Shown: positions 40,601-49,737 of the stretch, piece by piece
How positions within the stretch are numbered: the stretch's first letter is position 1
Layout: every line of letters begins with the position of its first letter
From: an uncultured bacterium
Lineage (GTDB): Bacteria > CSSED10-310 > CAZUFC01
Assembly: GCA_964619725.1 (NCBI GenBank)
Contig: CAZUFC010000019.1
Span: 1,161-65,160, forward strand
DNA: 64,000 nucleotides
Direction of reading: 5' to 3'
The notes under the pieces: model-generated
What the model was told of the DNA's origin: nothing
Database searches by the model: none
The model's input: the letters and a program-made list of their open reading frames with translations, nothing else
Made by a program: the position numbers and the translations under genes

Positions 40601-41271
40601 ATGGACAATGTATCTTCTGGAGTTATTTGGAGATGGGGTGCGAATGCGCTCAACCTGTGCAGAATTCCGTTCCGATGAACTATCCAGGTGAACAAAGAGA
40701 AAAGAAGAGCGACTCGCCGGATGCAATCAAACCGGAATATGGTAACCGGAAGATAATTGTCGGCTCTGCGCAGGGGTGCCGGAACGAAATCGTTTCCATA
40801 CCCATTATCATGGATAGTGCGGATGCCCCTGTCGCTTCCTTCGGATTAACTCTTCAATACGACGGCAATATTCTGGAGTTCGTAGATGTCGATCACGGAG
40901 AATTAACGGAAGAATGGTTCCTTCTCGATGCTTATCCTCAAAAACCCGGAATGCTCAAAGTGGGGGGATTCGATCTTTACTCTGAAATCCCCTCCAGAAC
41001 CCGGGGCGCCCTTGCATATCTGAATTTTAGAGTCGTCTGCGAGGAATGCGGAAACGGAGAACAAAGCGAATGCCGGATAACGGACCTGCTGGATGATATT
41101 AAACATTTTGAAGCGAAAGACGGCCGGTTTACTTATAACTGCATTTACCAGACCCCAACTGGAGTATTTCAGGAGATTCCCGCAATCATGCCCGGAGGAT
41201 TAATACTGCTTACCGGTTTAATTTCAGCGATATTTCTTTTTTCGATTTGCAGTATTAGAAGGCGAAAATGA
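37645..41271 (+). CDS. 1208-aa secreted surface protein: beta-propeller-like repeats, PT linker, beta-helix, dockerin-like, cohesin-like, IPTL-CTERM-like anchor
   Basis: SDG.GG....W.D.R.....I..Q..D..G...W repeats; PTPTP linker; PbH1 region; GDVDNNGSLTPND...DCDGNGYISPGD; G.....VSIPI.......V.SFGLTLQYD..ILEFV.V..G; tail IPAIMPGGLILLTGLISAIFLFSICSIRRRK. Confidence 0.9.
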   Translation: MKLFRMARVLIVFFVLISISCSALGHYGGFYGSDMTGSKGWSDDPAVNIRVSASQGDQANQRVISDGQGGFITAWERLGDIFVQRLDEYGERDWGTEGVTVCGDASLQEMSGICRDGSGGAIIVWRDARNGVMGIWGQRIGASGSPMWTIDGVQVSGSGDYTGGQAISDDAGGVYVVYEGSESGVFCTRLDGMDGSEIWTIQTDASGMLCSGTAAAEDGTGGVLLGWERRSVLFYGKFVMSMGGGARDDGSIYLKDTIGQSSPPGESSDENYSVKGGFWKPTHANLPISESDIYVQRLDSAGTELWGAGGICLYDTSEAQKNPRAASDGSGCGFFVWEDMRSPSNTRSLYIQKIDSGGSIVWRADGVQVYAGGASEYELMSHAVVSDSEGGAVITWCAGNRDVYATRIDSNGDNAWGGEVALTDHEETSGVSDYPYQSVSDGLGGAFTVFSRRNEPANSYEIVCQSVAYNGSLPWGINGEAVCIYAQGERYNALVAKCDGNMTGALCCWIDERTVDSEALYVMGINLYGELGDPCSTLPTITPTLTPVPPTPTPEPPTLTPTIPPPPAVVWIDDDFNDSTPGWGYDHFSVIQAGLDAVADGGDIYVASGLYNETIGFDSSFNKNNISFFGESGDRPTVAGGMHFDNDAAILNINFENMYFKGDAGGNNAVIGMTNLGAVQNFSMKNCVIDGENAIDRHGLAGKNFEGSFSVTDTEFKNILGWAAMDMNIDSPDGANELPINSITFTGNYIHDSNGVTALRGNEITRSILVNVADNSWDNIGGNGGAAGGHWTALEVNHSAEVNIYGNAINDVSQGQNSEGKAIIVWDIVELICRCNDITNNYEGIYVYGGGGVYGGPYAVPFGYVAYNNIMNNSEYGLTVDDYATGDPLRADFNYWNAADGPGGDAEGSGDAVYGNAVWEPWLNAVQEPPCPPPCYNDGDVDNNGSLTPNDGMMTFRIYIGYISYPTYEEECSSDCDGNGYISPGDGQCIFWSYLEMGCECAQPVQNSVPMNYPGEQREKKSDSPDAIKPEYGNRKIIVGSAQGCRNEIVSIPIIMDSADAPVASFGLTLQYDGNILEFVDVDHGELTEEWFLLDAYPQKPGMLKVGGFDLYSEIPSRTRGALAYLNFRVVCEECGNGEQSECRITDLLDDIKHFEAKDGRFTYNCIYQTPTGVFQEIPAIMPGGLILLTGLISAIFLFSICSIRRRK

Positions 41272-41488
41272 GTTTTCGCAGCCTTAAAATTCGTGTAAAG
41301 CATAAACACATCTCCTCGCAATTATTAATTCCGATTGCGATACTGACCCCGATAACCGAAACGAACGGTCCTCAATGAAAAAGAACCGCCCTGATTCAGT
41401 CAAATAGATATTTGGGGCAGATATCAGCTTTAGTATGAGGGATTTCAATATGCTCCGACATTTTCATGTCGGCAACTGAAAAGGAAGC

Positions 41489-41533
41489 GCAACGCAACAG
41501 CAATGCGCCTGAAGGGCTTTGCTGTTGCGTTGC
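41489..41533. terminator. Stem-loop between convergent genes (possible terminator or REP)
   Basis: GCAACGCAACAGCAA ... TTGCTGTTGCGTTGC, perfect 15-bp arms; no clear U-tract. Confidence 0.5.
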
Positions 41534-41581
41534 ATGGTTGGTCCGTCGCTCCAGCAGCGAGCGGATACATTTATAAACGAA

Positions 41582-44500
41582 TCAATCGTTTCTTTTGCTG
41601 CCTATCTTCCTGGTAAGGAAACCCATAGTGAGAATAAGGGTAATGATGCCGAACACAGAAAGAGCCGGGATGTCTCTGAAGCATGATTTTGAGGCTTGCT
41701 CGGTATTTCCGTAAGCGCCCATGTTGATGATGTCTCCATGCGGCGGGGGTTCACAATCACAAAGGTCTACTGGGTCTCCTGCGTCGATGCAAGGGGAACA
41801 GCTTTCATCCTCTCCCCAGGCGCCGTTATGATAGCTGCCGACGGTTGACTGGAGGTGGAAATCGCTGTTGTCCGGGTCTACGAATAAGGGGTCCTGATTC
41901 ATATTGCCTTCGCCTTCGAATCCGCCTTGCACGTTAGAGTAAGTCATATCGATGACGGATAAACCGGAAGTTCCAATTTCATTGGGGAAATTATTCCAGA
42001 AAATGCAATTTTTAATGGTGGGTGAAGAATTCATGCAATGCAGGGCGCCGGCGTTCATTTGTGCGGAATTTTCGCTGAAGGTGCAATTCAGAAAAGTGGG
42101 AGAGGAATACCAGCATTCGACGCCGCCTCCGTAATTTTGAGTTTCGTTGCCGATGATGAGGCAATTTTTAATGAGGACTTCGGGGTTGTCGCTGATGATG
42201 TGCAATCCTCCGCCCTGATCAACGGAAGAATTGTGAGCAATGGTGCAGTTTTCAAGAATGCAGCCAGAACCGATGTCAAAAAAGATTCCTCCGTTATGAA
42301 CGCCGAAGTTGTCGCTTATGTTGCAGCCGATAAAGTGCGGCGAGGCGCTGTAGCTTTCGACGGCGCCGCCGAAATCAGCGGAGTTTGAGGTTATATCGGT
42401 GTTCGTAATAGTCGGATTAGAGAAATCCCTGCAGTAGAGCCCTCCGCCCATGCCGCCGGCGGAATTTCCGGTGATGATGCAATCGGTGATGACAGGCGAG
42501 GATGTGCTGGTGCAATAGACTCCGCCGCCGTCGGAAGCGGAAACGCATGATTCGACAAAGCAATCCAGTATAGCGGGCGAGGAATTCTGAATGTAAATGC
42601 CGGCGCCGTAAGTGGCGTTGCAGTTGCGGACCGTGAACCCGCTGACGATTGTATCATTGCCTTCTCCCCGGAAAACAATGAAACCTCTGCCGTCGTTTTC
42701 GCAGTCTATAATGCTGTTTTCGGGTCCATTGACCGATGCGACAGTGATCGCCTTACCCATAAGATCGAGGTTTTTATTTCTATCGCCTGCGTATGTTCCT
42801 TCGTCGACGAGGACTGTATCGCAGTCAACCGCTGCATCAATGGCTTCCTGTATCGTCTGAAAATCCTGGGGCACCAGAATAGTCGTACAGACATGAGTAG
42901 GGGTGCTGGTGGGCGTAAGGACTTGAGTCGGGGTTAATGTCGGTGTGGGGGAGTATGGTTGACAGTTTTCATAGGTCAACTGGTAATTGAAATATCCGCA
43001 ACTTTCATAGGAATCAACGACTGCATAGTAAGTTCCGGGTTCGAGAGCGGTAAGCATTATGGTTTCGCCCTGGGCATCGCCGTTTTCATCTGCGTAGATG
43101 AAGCAGTCTTGCGGTTCCGGTCCATCCATAATGAGCAGAATGGGATCGTAGTCTCCGGGCGTGACGTTATCGATCTGAATCGTAACGTCGCAGTATTGGT
43201 TGTTAATGAAGACTATACCCAGGTCTTCCCCATTGAGCCCGGAAATACCGCATCCGTAATCCTGGTAATCGTCGAACCATCCGCAGTTGGTTTGAGGATT
43301 CGGAGTGGGGGTGTTGGGAGGGGTAGGAGATGGCGTGGATGTCAGGCAATTGTCGAGCGAATAGGAGAGGTTCCAGTATCCGCAACTTTCTTCAGCATCC
43401 ACGACTGCGTAGTAGTTGCCGGGTTCCATGGCTGGGACGGTGATGCTTTCGCCGAGTCCTGCTCCGTTATCGTCGGCATAAGCGAAGCAATAGAGCGGAT
43501 CAGGACCGTCAAGCAGCAGCAGAACGGGATCGTAATCGCCGGGAGTGACGCTATCGATGGCGATGGTTACGTCGCATACCTGCTGAACGACGAAGAAGGT
43601 AACGAAATCCTCACCGAAAAGATCATACATTCCGCAGGCGTAATTCTGCCAGTCGTCGTACCATCCGCAATTGGTTTGCGGTATAGGGGTTTCGGTCGGT
43701 ATAGGCGTCGGGGTCAGGCAATTGTCCATGGTTATCGAAATGTTCCAGAATCCGCAATCCTGATAAGAATCGACCGTTGCGTAGTATGTCCCCGGCTCCA
43801 TGGCCGTTATAGTTATGCTTTCGCCTTCCGCTGCACCGTAATCGTCGGCGTAGGCAAAGCAATATTGCGGACCGGGGCCGTCCAGCAGAAGCAGAACAGG
43901 ATCATAGTTTTCCGGAGTGATATTATCGATTGAAATAGTGACGTCGCAAGTCTGTTGCACTACAAAAAAGGTGATGAAGTCTTCACCGGCGAGACCGGTC
44001 GGTCCGCAGGCGTAGTCCTCGAAGTCATTAAACCATCCGCAGTTGGTCTGGGGGATGGGCGTATTAGTCGGGATGGCCGTGAAAGTGGGAGTATTCGTTG
44101 CGAACAGGGTTGGTGTGGGCGTAGGCGAATGAGAATTGTTCAGCATGAATGACAGGTCCCAGTACCCGCATGATTCATACGAATCGACCACTGCATAATA
44201 ATTTCCGGGCGCCATGGAATTGACCGTGATGGTTTCTCCCATTCCGGCCCCGTTGTCATCGGCATAGATAAAGCAGCTCTGAGGGTCAGCTTCGTTCAAC
44301 AGCAGAAAGACAGGATCGTAATCTCCCGGAGTGACGCCGGTGACAGTGAGGGTAACGTCGCATACTTCCTGGACCGTAAAGAAGGTTATGAAGTCTTCTC
44401 CATTCAGCCCGGTCAGCCCGCATGCGTAGTCCTGCCAGTCGTCGTACCACCCGCAGTTAGTTTGAGGAATAGGCGTTCGAGTAGGAATAGGCGTCGGGGT

Positions 44501-47500
44501 CAGGCAATCATCTATGGAGAGCGTAAGATTCCAGTAACCGCATGATTCAAAAGAGTCAACAGCGGCGAAATAAGTTCCGGGAGCGAGAGACGGCATGGTC
44601 AACGTTTCGCCCTGGCCCTGACCGTTGTCGTCGGCATAAGCGATGCACTGGCCGGGCGAAGGTCCGCTCAGTAAAAGCAGGATGGGGTCGTAATCCCCCG
44701 GGGTAACGCCGTCAATGGAAATCGTAACGTCGCAGGTCTGATGCACCACGAAAAAGGTGATGAAGTCTTCGCCGAACAGGTCCGTCAGACCGCAGGCATA
44801 GTCCTGCCAGTCGTCGTATCCGCCGCAGTTGGTTTGAGGAATAGGCGTTTCTGTCGGGATGGCGGTAGGCGTGAATGTGATAGTAGGAGACTGCTCTGTC
44901 GTCGGCGTCCAGGTTGGAGTAGAGGAAGGCGTATCGGTTGGAGGAATTGTCGGCGTTTGAGTCGGCGTTCTGGTAGGCGTATTGGTCGCTGATGAACCCT
45001 CACAATTGACCGTAAGCGTGTAAGCGCCGGAGTTGCCCAGAATGCCGTCGACCACGACATAATAGGTCCCTGCAGGCTGATCGGTCAATGTCGTCGACGT
45101 ATATCCCCATCCGATGCATGAATATTCGCTGCAGTCTGTAAGGACCAGAAAACCCAGCGGCGCAGAGGTGTTCAGTATAACCTCCAGATCGCTGACGCCA
45201 GTCGTCGTTACGGCATGAACTATTTCAGGTCCTGAGAATGTAAACTCCGGTGCGCAATTGTATATCTCAACATTGGAATTTCCGCCTGTCGTATCGCCCG
45301 TATAAGGTTGATTGCAGAATATCGTCACCGCGCCTGAACAGTCAAGTTCGGGTAAAGGCGTTGCCGTCGCTTCCGGGGTCGGCGTAAATGTAGGCGTGAA
45401 TGTCGATTGCGCACAAACCACCGTCAGGTTGAAGTAAACAGGAGAATCCGGGCTGTCGACCACAATGTAATAGCGTCCCGGTGGGGTCTGGGCTATTATT
45501 GCCGCATCGTCTCCGTAAGCCATACAATCCTCTTCATTGCATGAACCCAGGATGAAAATGTCCGGGTCCGTATTGAACAGAGGCTCCACGTAAGCCTGCA
45601 GGCTGGCGGTTGAAGAGGTATCGACATAGTATACTCTTTCGTTGCCGCTTTCATTCAAAAACGGATTGCAACCGTATACGTCAACATTGTCTTCGCCTGT
45701 CTGCGTCGATTGCATACTGAGCGTCTGACCGCAGGATATCTCGACCGCGCTGTCGCAATTAAGCAATCCCGTAGGATATATTTCCTGTTCCCAGTCGGAA
45801 TAGTCCACATATTCGCTGATCTCATCTCCGTCGCCGGGATTAATATTATCGCAATAACCGGCTCCTGATTCTTCATCGAAAGGTCCCGTGTTAAAGCCCC
45901 ACCAGCAATGGGAGGCATCAACGCAGGGAGGTCCGTCGCAACGTACGCCGTAATAGGCATTCCCGTAGATATTGTTGTAATGAATATCGAATGCTCCGTG
46001 TTCGCCGTAAACATCCACTCCATAACCGTTGTCGATGATCGTATTAAGCCTCACAGTCGATAAACCGTCCACCTGGGTGATCCTTAAGCCAGTTCCTGTC
46101 GCGCCTACATCAATGTAATTGTAAAGTATATCGGCTGTCGTATCGTAGGCTGCAGCGCCGGCGAAAATAATGCCGTATGCTCCGCCTTCAAATGTATTAT
46201 GGAAAACCGTCGCCGCAGAAGGTCCGGTCTGATCCGCAGAATAATAGAGTCCCACGTGGTAAGTGTTTTTGAACTTGCAATTCATCACCGGTATCGTGAC
46301 TTGGCGGACAGCGACCGTCATCCACCAGTTGCCGTGAGGATCGCCGTAGCCTCCATAGCGGAATTCCGTATTTTGAAGAGAGTTCAATTCTGAAGTGTAA
46401 GAAAGAACGCCCCAGTCTCCGGCTCCGGGCAAGGTAGCATCGCCGTCGCCGTTGGAGTCGCCGCCCAGCGTATCATCGCGCTCGGAGGTGAAATATACCA
46501 GGTTCCAGGGTTGACCCTGCAGGTCCAGGGTACCGTTTACTGAAAACCAGCGTCGCACTCCTGCCTGCATTTTAACCACTATTCCTGCGTTAATGTGCAA
46601 AGTCGCTCCTGCTGCAACAACCATATCGGCATCATAAACGTGATACGGCAAACCCATATTCTGAACGTCCAGCCAGGTACCCTCACCGGTAATGGTTCCG
46701 TGAACTTTTATCGCCTGATTATAGTTGTCGGCTATAGCATTGCCGCTGTATGTCGGGAAACTGTTTTCAGCCTGAACCAGGGGAAATCTCGTGCAGTTCA
46801 CCAGGGAATTGTCGGTAATTGAAGGAGACCCGTTGGAAATATAAATGCCGTTTTGAACAAAATCGACGGTATTCCCGGAAATAGTGGAAGCAGAAGCAGG
46901 CCAGTAGAACTGCATTCCGTTTCCTGTTCCAGCCGGACTGGTAATTAAATTACCTGTGATGGTCAGATTCGGCTTTGACAGTTCGATACCCTGAATGTAA
47001 ATGCCCCAACCGCTGCAGTTTATGTCGTTGCCGGAAATATAAGGTGAAGTGATGAAAGAGCCGCTCGGATTTACCTGAATCCCATACGTTCCGTCCAGAA
47101 ATGAACAGGCTGTAATGGAAGGCGATGTCGCTGCTCCGGTTTTGGCGTTGTATCGTAAACCCAGATGATACACTCCGCTGAAGGTGCAGTTGTTTATCGT
47201 CGTATTGACCTGTTCGATATGAACCATTGTCCACCAGTTTCCATGAGGATCGCCATAGCCTCCATACCGGATGTCCATGTTTCTCAGAATATTACCGTCG
47301 GACGTAGCGTAATAGAGCACTCCCCAATCGGCTGCTCCGGGAGTCGTCCCGGTTCCGTCGCCGTTGGAATCACCCCAGGCCGTGTCGTCCCGGTCGGACG
47401 TCAGTATCACCGGATCACCCACTGCGGGGAGATTCAACGTTCCATGCACCGAGAACCAGCGACGGGCGCCCGTTTCCATTTTTACCACGACACCCGGATC

Positions 47501-49516
47501 GATAGTCAATTCAGCCCCATCCGCTATCGTCATATCATAATCTTCAACATGATAGGGCAAATGCAGACCCTGTACGTCGATCCAGTCGCCGCTTCCGGTT
47601 ATCGTTCCGTAAACCCGGATAGCCTGTTTGTAATTGTCGATAATAGTGTTGCCGCTGTAGACAGGGAAGGAGTTGTTCGCCTGAGAAAGAGGAAATTCCG
47701 TAGAATCCGTAATCGTGTTATTGGTAATGGAGGGCGAACCTTGATCAATGAATATTCCGTCATGAAGTCCCGTTATGTTATTATTGTTTATTGAAGTTGA
47801 GGTTGCCGGATAATCCAGCCAAACGCCTGTTCCGCCGCCGTCCGGACTGTTCAGGGAATTCCCCTGACATGTGGTTACAGGCCGGGCGCTTTCCGTTCCA
47901 TGCACACGGAAACAATAATTGTTGCAGTTAAAAGTGTTGTTGTTTACCGTCGGCGACGTTACGTAAGAACTGCTGGGCAAGAGATACATGCCGTACGCGC
48001 CGTTTTGAAACTCGCAATTCGTAATCGAAGGGGATGAAACCGCATTGGATACCGCCCTGTACCTGACGGCCATCTGATAGTAATTTCTGAAGATACAATC
48101 AGTTATGGTCAGATTCACATATTCCGCATTAACCATCACGAACCAGTTCCCGTGAGGGTCTCCGTATCCTCCGTATCGCATATCGACATTTCGCAGAATA
48201 TTGCCGTGAGTAGTCGCATAATACAGCGTGCCCCAGTTGCCGGCGCCGGGAGTCGTGCCGGAGCCGTCGCCGTTTGAATCGCCCCAGGCCGTGTCGTCAT
48301 ATTCGGACGTTAAAATTACTTTCGGTCCGGATGCAGGAAGATTCAAGTTTCCATGAACGCTGAACCAGCGCCGGGACCCCGACTGCATCTTGACCACTAC
48401 GCCGCTGTTTACAGTCAGAGTCGTTCCCGCCTCTACCACCATGTCTCCATCTTCAACATGATAAGGAAGCTGCAGACCCTGAACATTGTGCCAGGTTCCC
48501 GAAGATTCCAACGTTCCGTAAACCCGGATAGCCTGTTTCACATTTCCCGTTATCGTATTGCCGGAATAGGTGGGAAAACATGTGTTTATTTGAGACAGAG
48601 GAAATTCCGTGCAGTCGTTTATCGTATTATTCGACACCGTCGGAGACCCGCCGTCGATGACCAGGCCATACTGAACCTCTGCTATTACATTGTTGGAAAT
48701 CAATGAAGCATTATCGGGATGCTCCAGCCAGACGCCCGTACCCGTTCCGCCGCTGCTGGTCACTGTATTGCCGGTAATAGTCAAATGGGGCCGCAGTATC
48801 TCGTAACCGACCACACGAATGCCGTAATTCGTCGCTTCAATGATGTTGTCGGTTATACTCGCAGAAGTTAAAAACGAATCGCTTGCAGTCATATATATTC
48901 CGTAGGGAACGTTTTCGAATGTACAATTCGTAATGACGGGCGATGCTGCAGACGTATCGCATGCCGTGTAGGACACCGCAACATTATAGATGCTTTTGAA
49001 AGTCACGTTGTCCAGCTCCGTATCGACTCCGTTCACTTTAACCGCCATCCACCAACTGCCGTGAGGGTCTCCGTATCCCGCATACCTTATTTCCACATTT
49101 TCAAGAGTATTGCCGTTGCAGGCATAATAAATCAAACCCCAATTGCCGGGACCGGGAACCGTGGTCGAACCGTCGCCGTTCGTGTCTCCGCCCAACGTGT
49201 CATCATAATCTGATGTGAAATAAACCGGATTGGACGGAGTTCCCATAAGCAACAAAGTTCCGTCGGTAACGCTGAACCATCTTCTGTACCCGGACTGCAT
49301 CTTGATTATCACTCCAGCTTCCACTGTTAATGTCGCTCCATTCGAAATGGAAATATCGGCCTTAACCCAGTAAGGACTGCCGGCCAGAGTCCAGTCCGTA
49401 TCCGTTGTTATGCTTCCATTGGTTATCTCAGTATAAGCAAACGCCTGACCGCCGGTCAGCAGGAAGCAAATCCCAAAGAACAACAGGCATACCGCGCTCC
49501 TTCGATATCTTTTCAT
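41582..49516 (-). CDS. About 2644-aa surface protein: four beta-helix units, two PPC-like domains, five PQTNCG modules with PT linkers, C-terminal beta-helix, IPTL-CTERM-like anchor
   Basis: Start refined to ATG 49516 (GAGGAGGAGG RBS, signal peptide ending AFA); repeats visible in translation; tail IPALSVFGIITLILTMGFLTRKIGSKRND. Confidence 0.9.
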   Translation of the reverse strand: MKRYRRSAVCLLFFGICFLLTGGQAFAYTEITNGSITTDTDWTLAGSPYWVKADISISNGATLTVEAGVIIKMQSGYRRWFSVTDGTLLLMGTPSNPVYFTSDYDDTLGGDTNGDGSTTVPGPGNWGLIYYACNGNTLENVEIRYAGYGDPHGSWWMAVKVNGVDTELDNVTFKSIYNVAVSYTACDTSAASPVITNCTFENVPYGIYMTASDSFLTSASITDNIIEATNYGIRVVGYEILRPHLTITGNTVTSSGGTGTGVWLEHPDNASLISNNVIAEVQYGLVIDGGSPTVSNNTINDCTEFPLSQINTCFPTYSGNTITGNVKQAIRVYGTLESSGTWHNVQGLQLPYHVEDGDMVVEAGTTLTVNSGVVVKMQSGSRRWFSVHGNLNLPASGPKVILTSEYDDTAWGDSNGDGSGTTPGAGNWGTLYYATTHGNILRNVDMRYGGYGDPHGNWFVMVNAEYVNLTITDCIFRNYYQMAVRYRAVSNAVSSPSITNCEFQNGAYGMYLLPSSSYVTSPTVNNNTFNCNNYCFRVHGTESARPVTTCQGNSLNSPDGGGTGVWLDYPATSTSINNNNITGLHDGIFIDQGSPSITNNTITDSTEFPLSQANNSFPVYSGNTIIDNYKQAIRVYGTITGSGDWIDVQGLHLPYHVEDYDMTIADGAELTIDPGVVVKMETGARRWFSVHGTLNLPAVGDPVILTSDRDDTAWGDSNGDGTGTTPGAADWGVLYYATSDGNILRNMDIRYGGYGDPHGNWWTMVHIEQVNTTINNCTFSGVYHLGLRYNAKTGAATSPSITACSFLDGTYGIQVNPSGSFITSPYISGNDINCSGWGIYIQGIELSKPNLTITGNLITSPAGTGNGMQFYWPASASTISGNTVDFVQNGIYISNGSPSITDNSLVNCTRFPLVQAENSFPTYSGNAIADNYNQAIKVHGTITGEGTWLDVQNMGLPYHVYDADMVVAAGATLHINAGIVVKMQAGVRRWFSVNGTLDLQGQPWNLVYFTSERDDTLGGDSNGDGDATLPGAGDWGVLSYTSELNSLQNTEFRYGGYGDPHGNWWMTVAVRQVTIPVMNCKFKNTYHVGLYYSADQTGPSAATVFHNTFEGGAYGIIFAGAAAYDTTADILYNYIDVGATGTGLRITQVDGLSTVRLNTIIDNGYGVDVYGEHGAFDIHYNNIYGNAYYGVRCDGPPCVDASHCWWGFNTGPFDEESGAGYCDNINPGDGDEISEYVDYSDWEQEIYPTGLLNCDSAVEISCGQTLSMQSTQTGEDNVDVYGCNPFLNESGNERVYYVDTSSTASLQAYVEPLFNTDPDIFILGSCNEEDCMAYGDDAAIIAQTPPGRYYIVVDSPDSPVYFNLTVVCAQSTFTPTFTPTPEATATPLPELDCSGAVTIFCNQPYTGDTTGGNSNVEIYNCAPEFTFSGPEIVHAVTTTGVSDLEVILNTSAPLGFLVLTDCSEYSCIGWGYTSTTLTDQPAGTYYVVVDGILGNSGAYTLTVNCEGSSATNTPTRTPTQTPTIPPTDTPSSTPTWTPTTEQSPTITFTPTAIPTETPIPQTNCGGYDDWQDYACGLTDLFGEDFITFFVVHQTCDVTISIDGVTPGDYDPILLLLSGPSPGQCIAYADDNGQGQGETLTMPSLAPGTYFAAVDSFESCGYWNLTLSIDDCLTPTPIPTRTPIPQTNCGWYDDWQDYACGLTGLNGEDFITFFTVQEVCDVTLTVTGVTPGDYDPVFLLLNEADPQSCFIYADDNGAGMGETITVNSMAPGNYYAVVDSYESCGYWDLSFMLNNSHSPTPTPTLFATNTPTFTAIPTNTPIPQTNCGWFNDFEDYACGPTGLAGEDFITFFVVQQTCDVTISIDNITPENYDPVLLLLDGPGPQYCFAYADDYGAAEGESITITAMEPGTYYATVDSYQDCGFWNISITMDNCLTPTPIPTETPIPQTNCGWYDDWQNYACGMYDLFGEDFVTFFVVQQVCDVTIAIDSVTPGDYDPVLLLLDGPDPLYCFAYADDNGAGLGESITVPAMEPGNYYAVVDAEESCGYWNLSYSLDNCLTSTPSPTPPNTPTPNPQTNCGWFDDYQDYGCGISGLNGEDLGIVFINNQYCDVTIQIDNVTPGDYDPILLIMDGPEPQDCFIYADENGDAQGETIMLTALEPGTYYAVVDSYESCGYFNYQLTYENCQPYSPTPTLTPTQVLTPTSTPTHVCTTILVPQDFQTIQEAIDAAVDCDTVLVDEGTYAGDRNKNLDLMGKAITVASVNGPENSIIDCENDGRGFIVFRGEGNDTIVSGFTVRNCNATYGAGIYIQNSSPAILDCFVESCVSASDGGGVYCTSTSSPVITDCIITGNSAGGMGGGLYCRDFSNPTITNTDITSNSADFGGAVESYSASPHFIGCNISDNFGVHNGGIFFDIGSGCILENCTIAHNSSVDQGGGLHIISDNPEVLIKNCLIIGNETQNYGGGVECWYSSPTFLNCTFSENSAQMNAGALHCMNSSPTIKNCIFWNNFPNEIGTSGLSVIDMTYSNVQGGFEGEGNMNQDPLFVDPDNSDFHLQSTVGSYHNGAWGEDESCSPCIDAGDPVDLCDCEPPPHGDIINMGAYGNTEQASKSCFRDIPALSVFGIITLILTMGFLTRKIGSKRND

Positions 49517-49737
49517 AAATGAATTCCTCCTCCTCAATTCGCCGTTCAATCAATGCACGACGAATAATTGAACATAAAAGATTAAATTAATTCATTAAGC
49601 TGTTTCTTTTTCGATTCAAAACTATGAAGCTAACGCCGGAAACCTTCCCCTGTCAGGATTAACATGTTTCAATATACAACCAGGTCAAGCCTTCCGGCGC
49701 ATCGCTTGAAATTAAACCGGTGAGAGATGATAATTGA

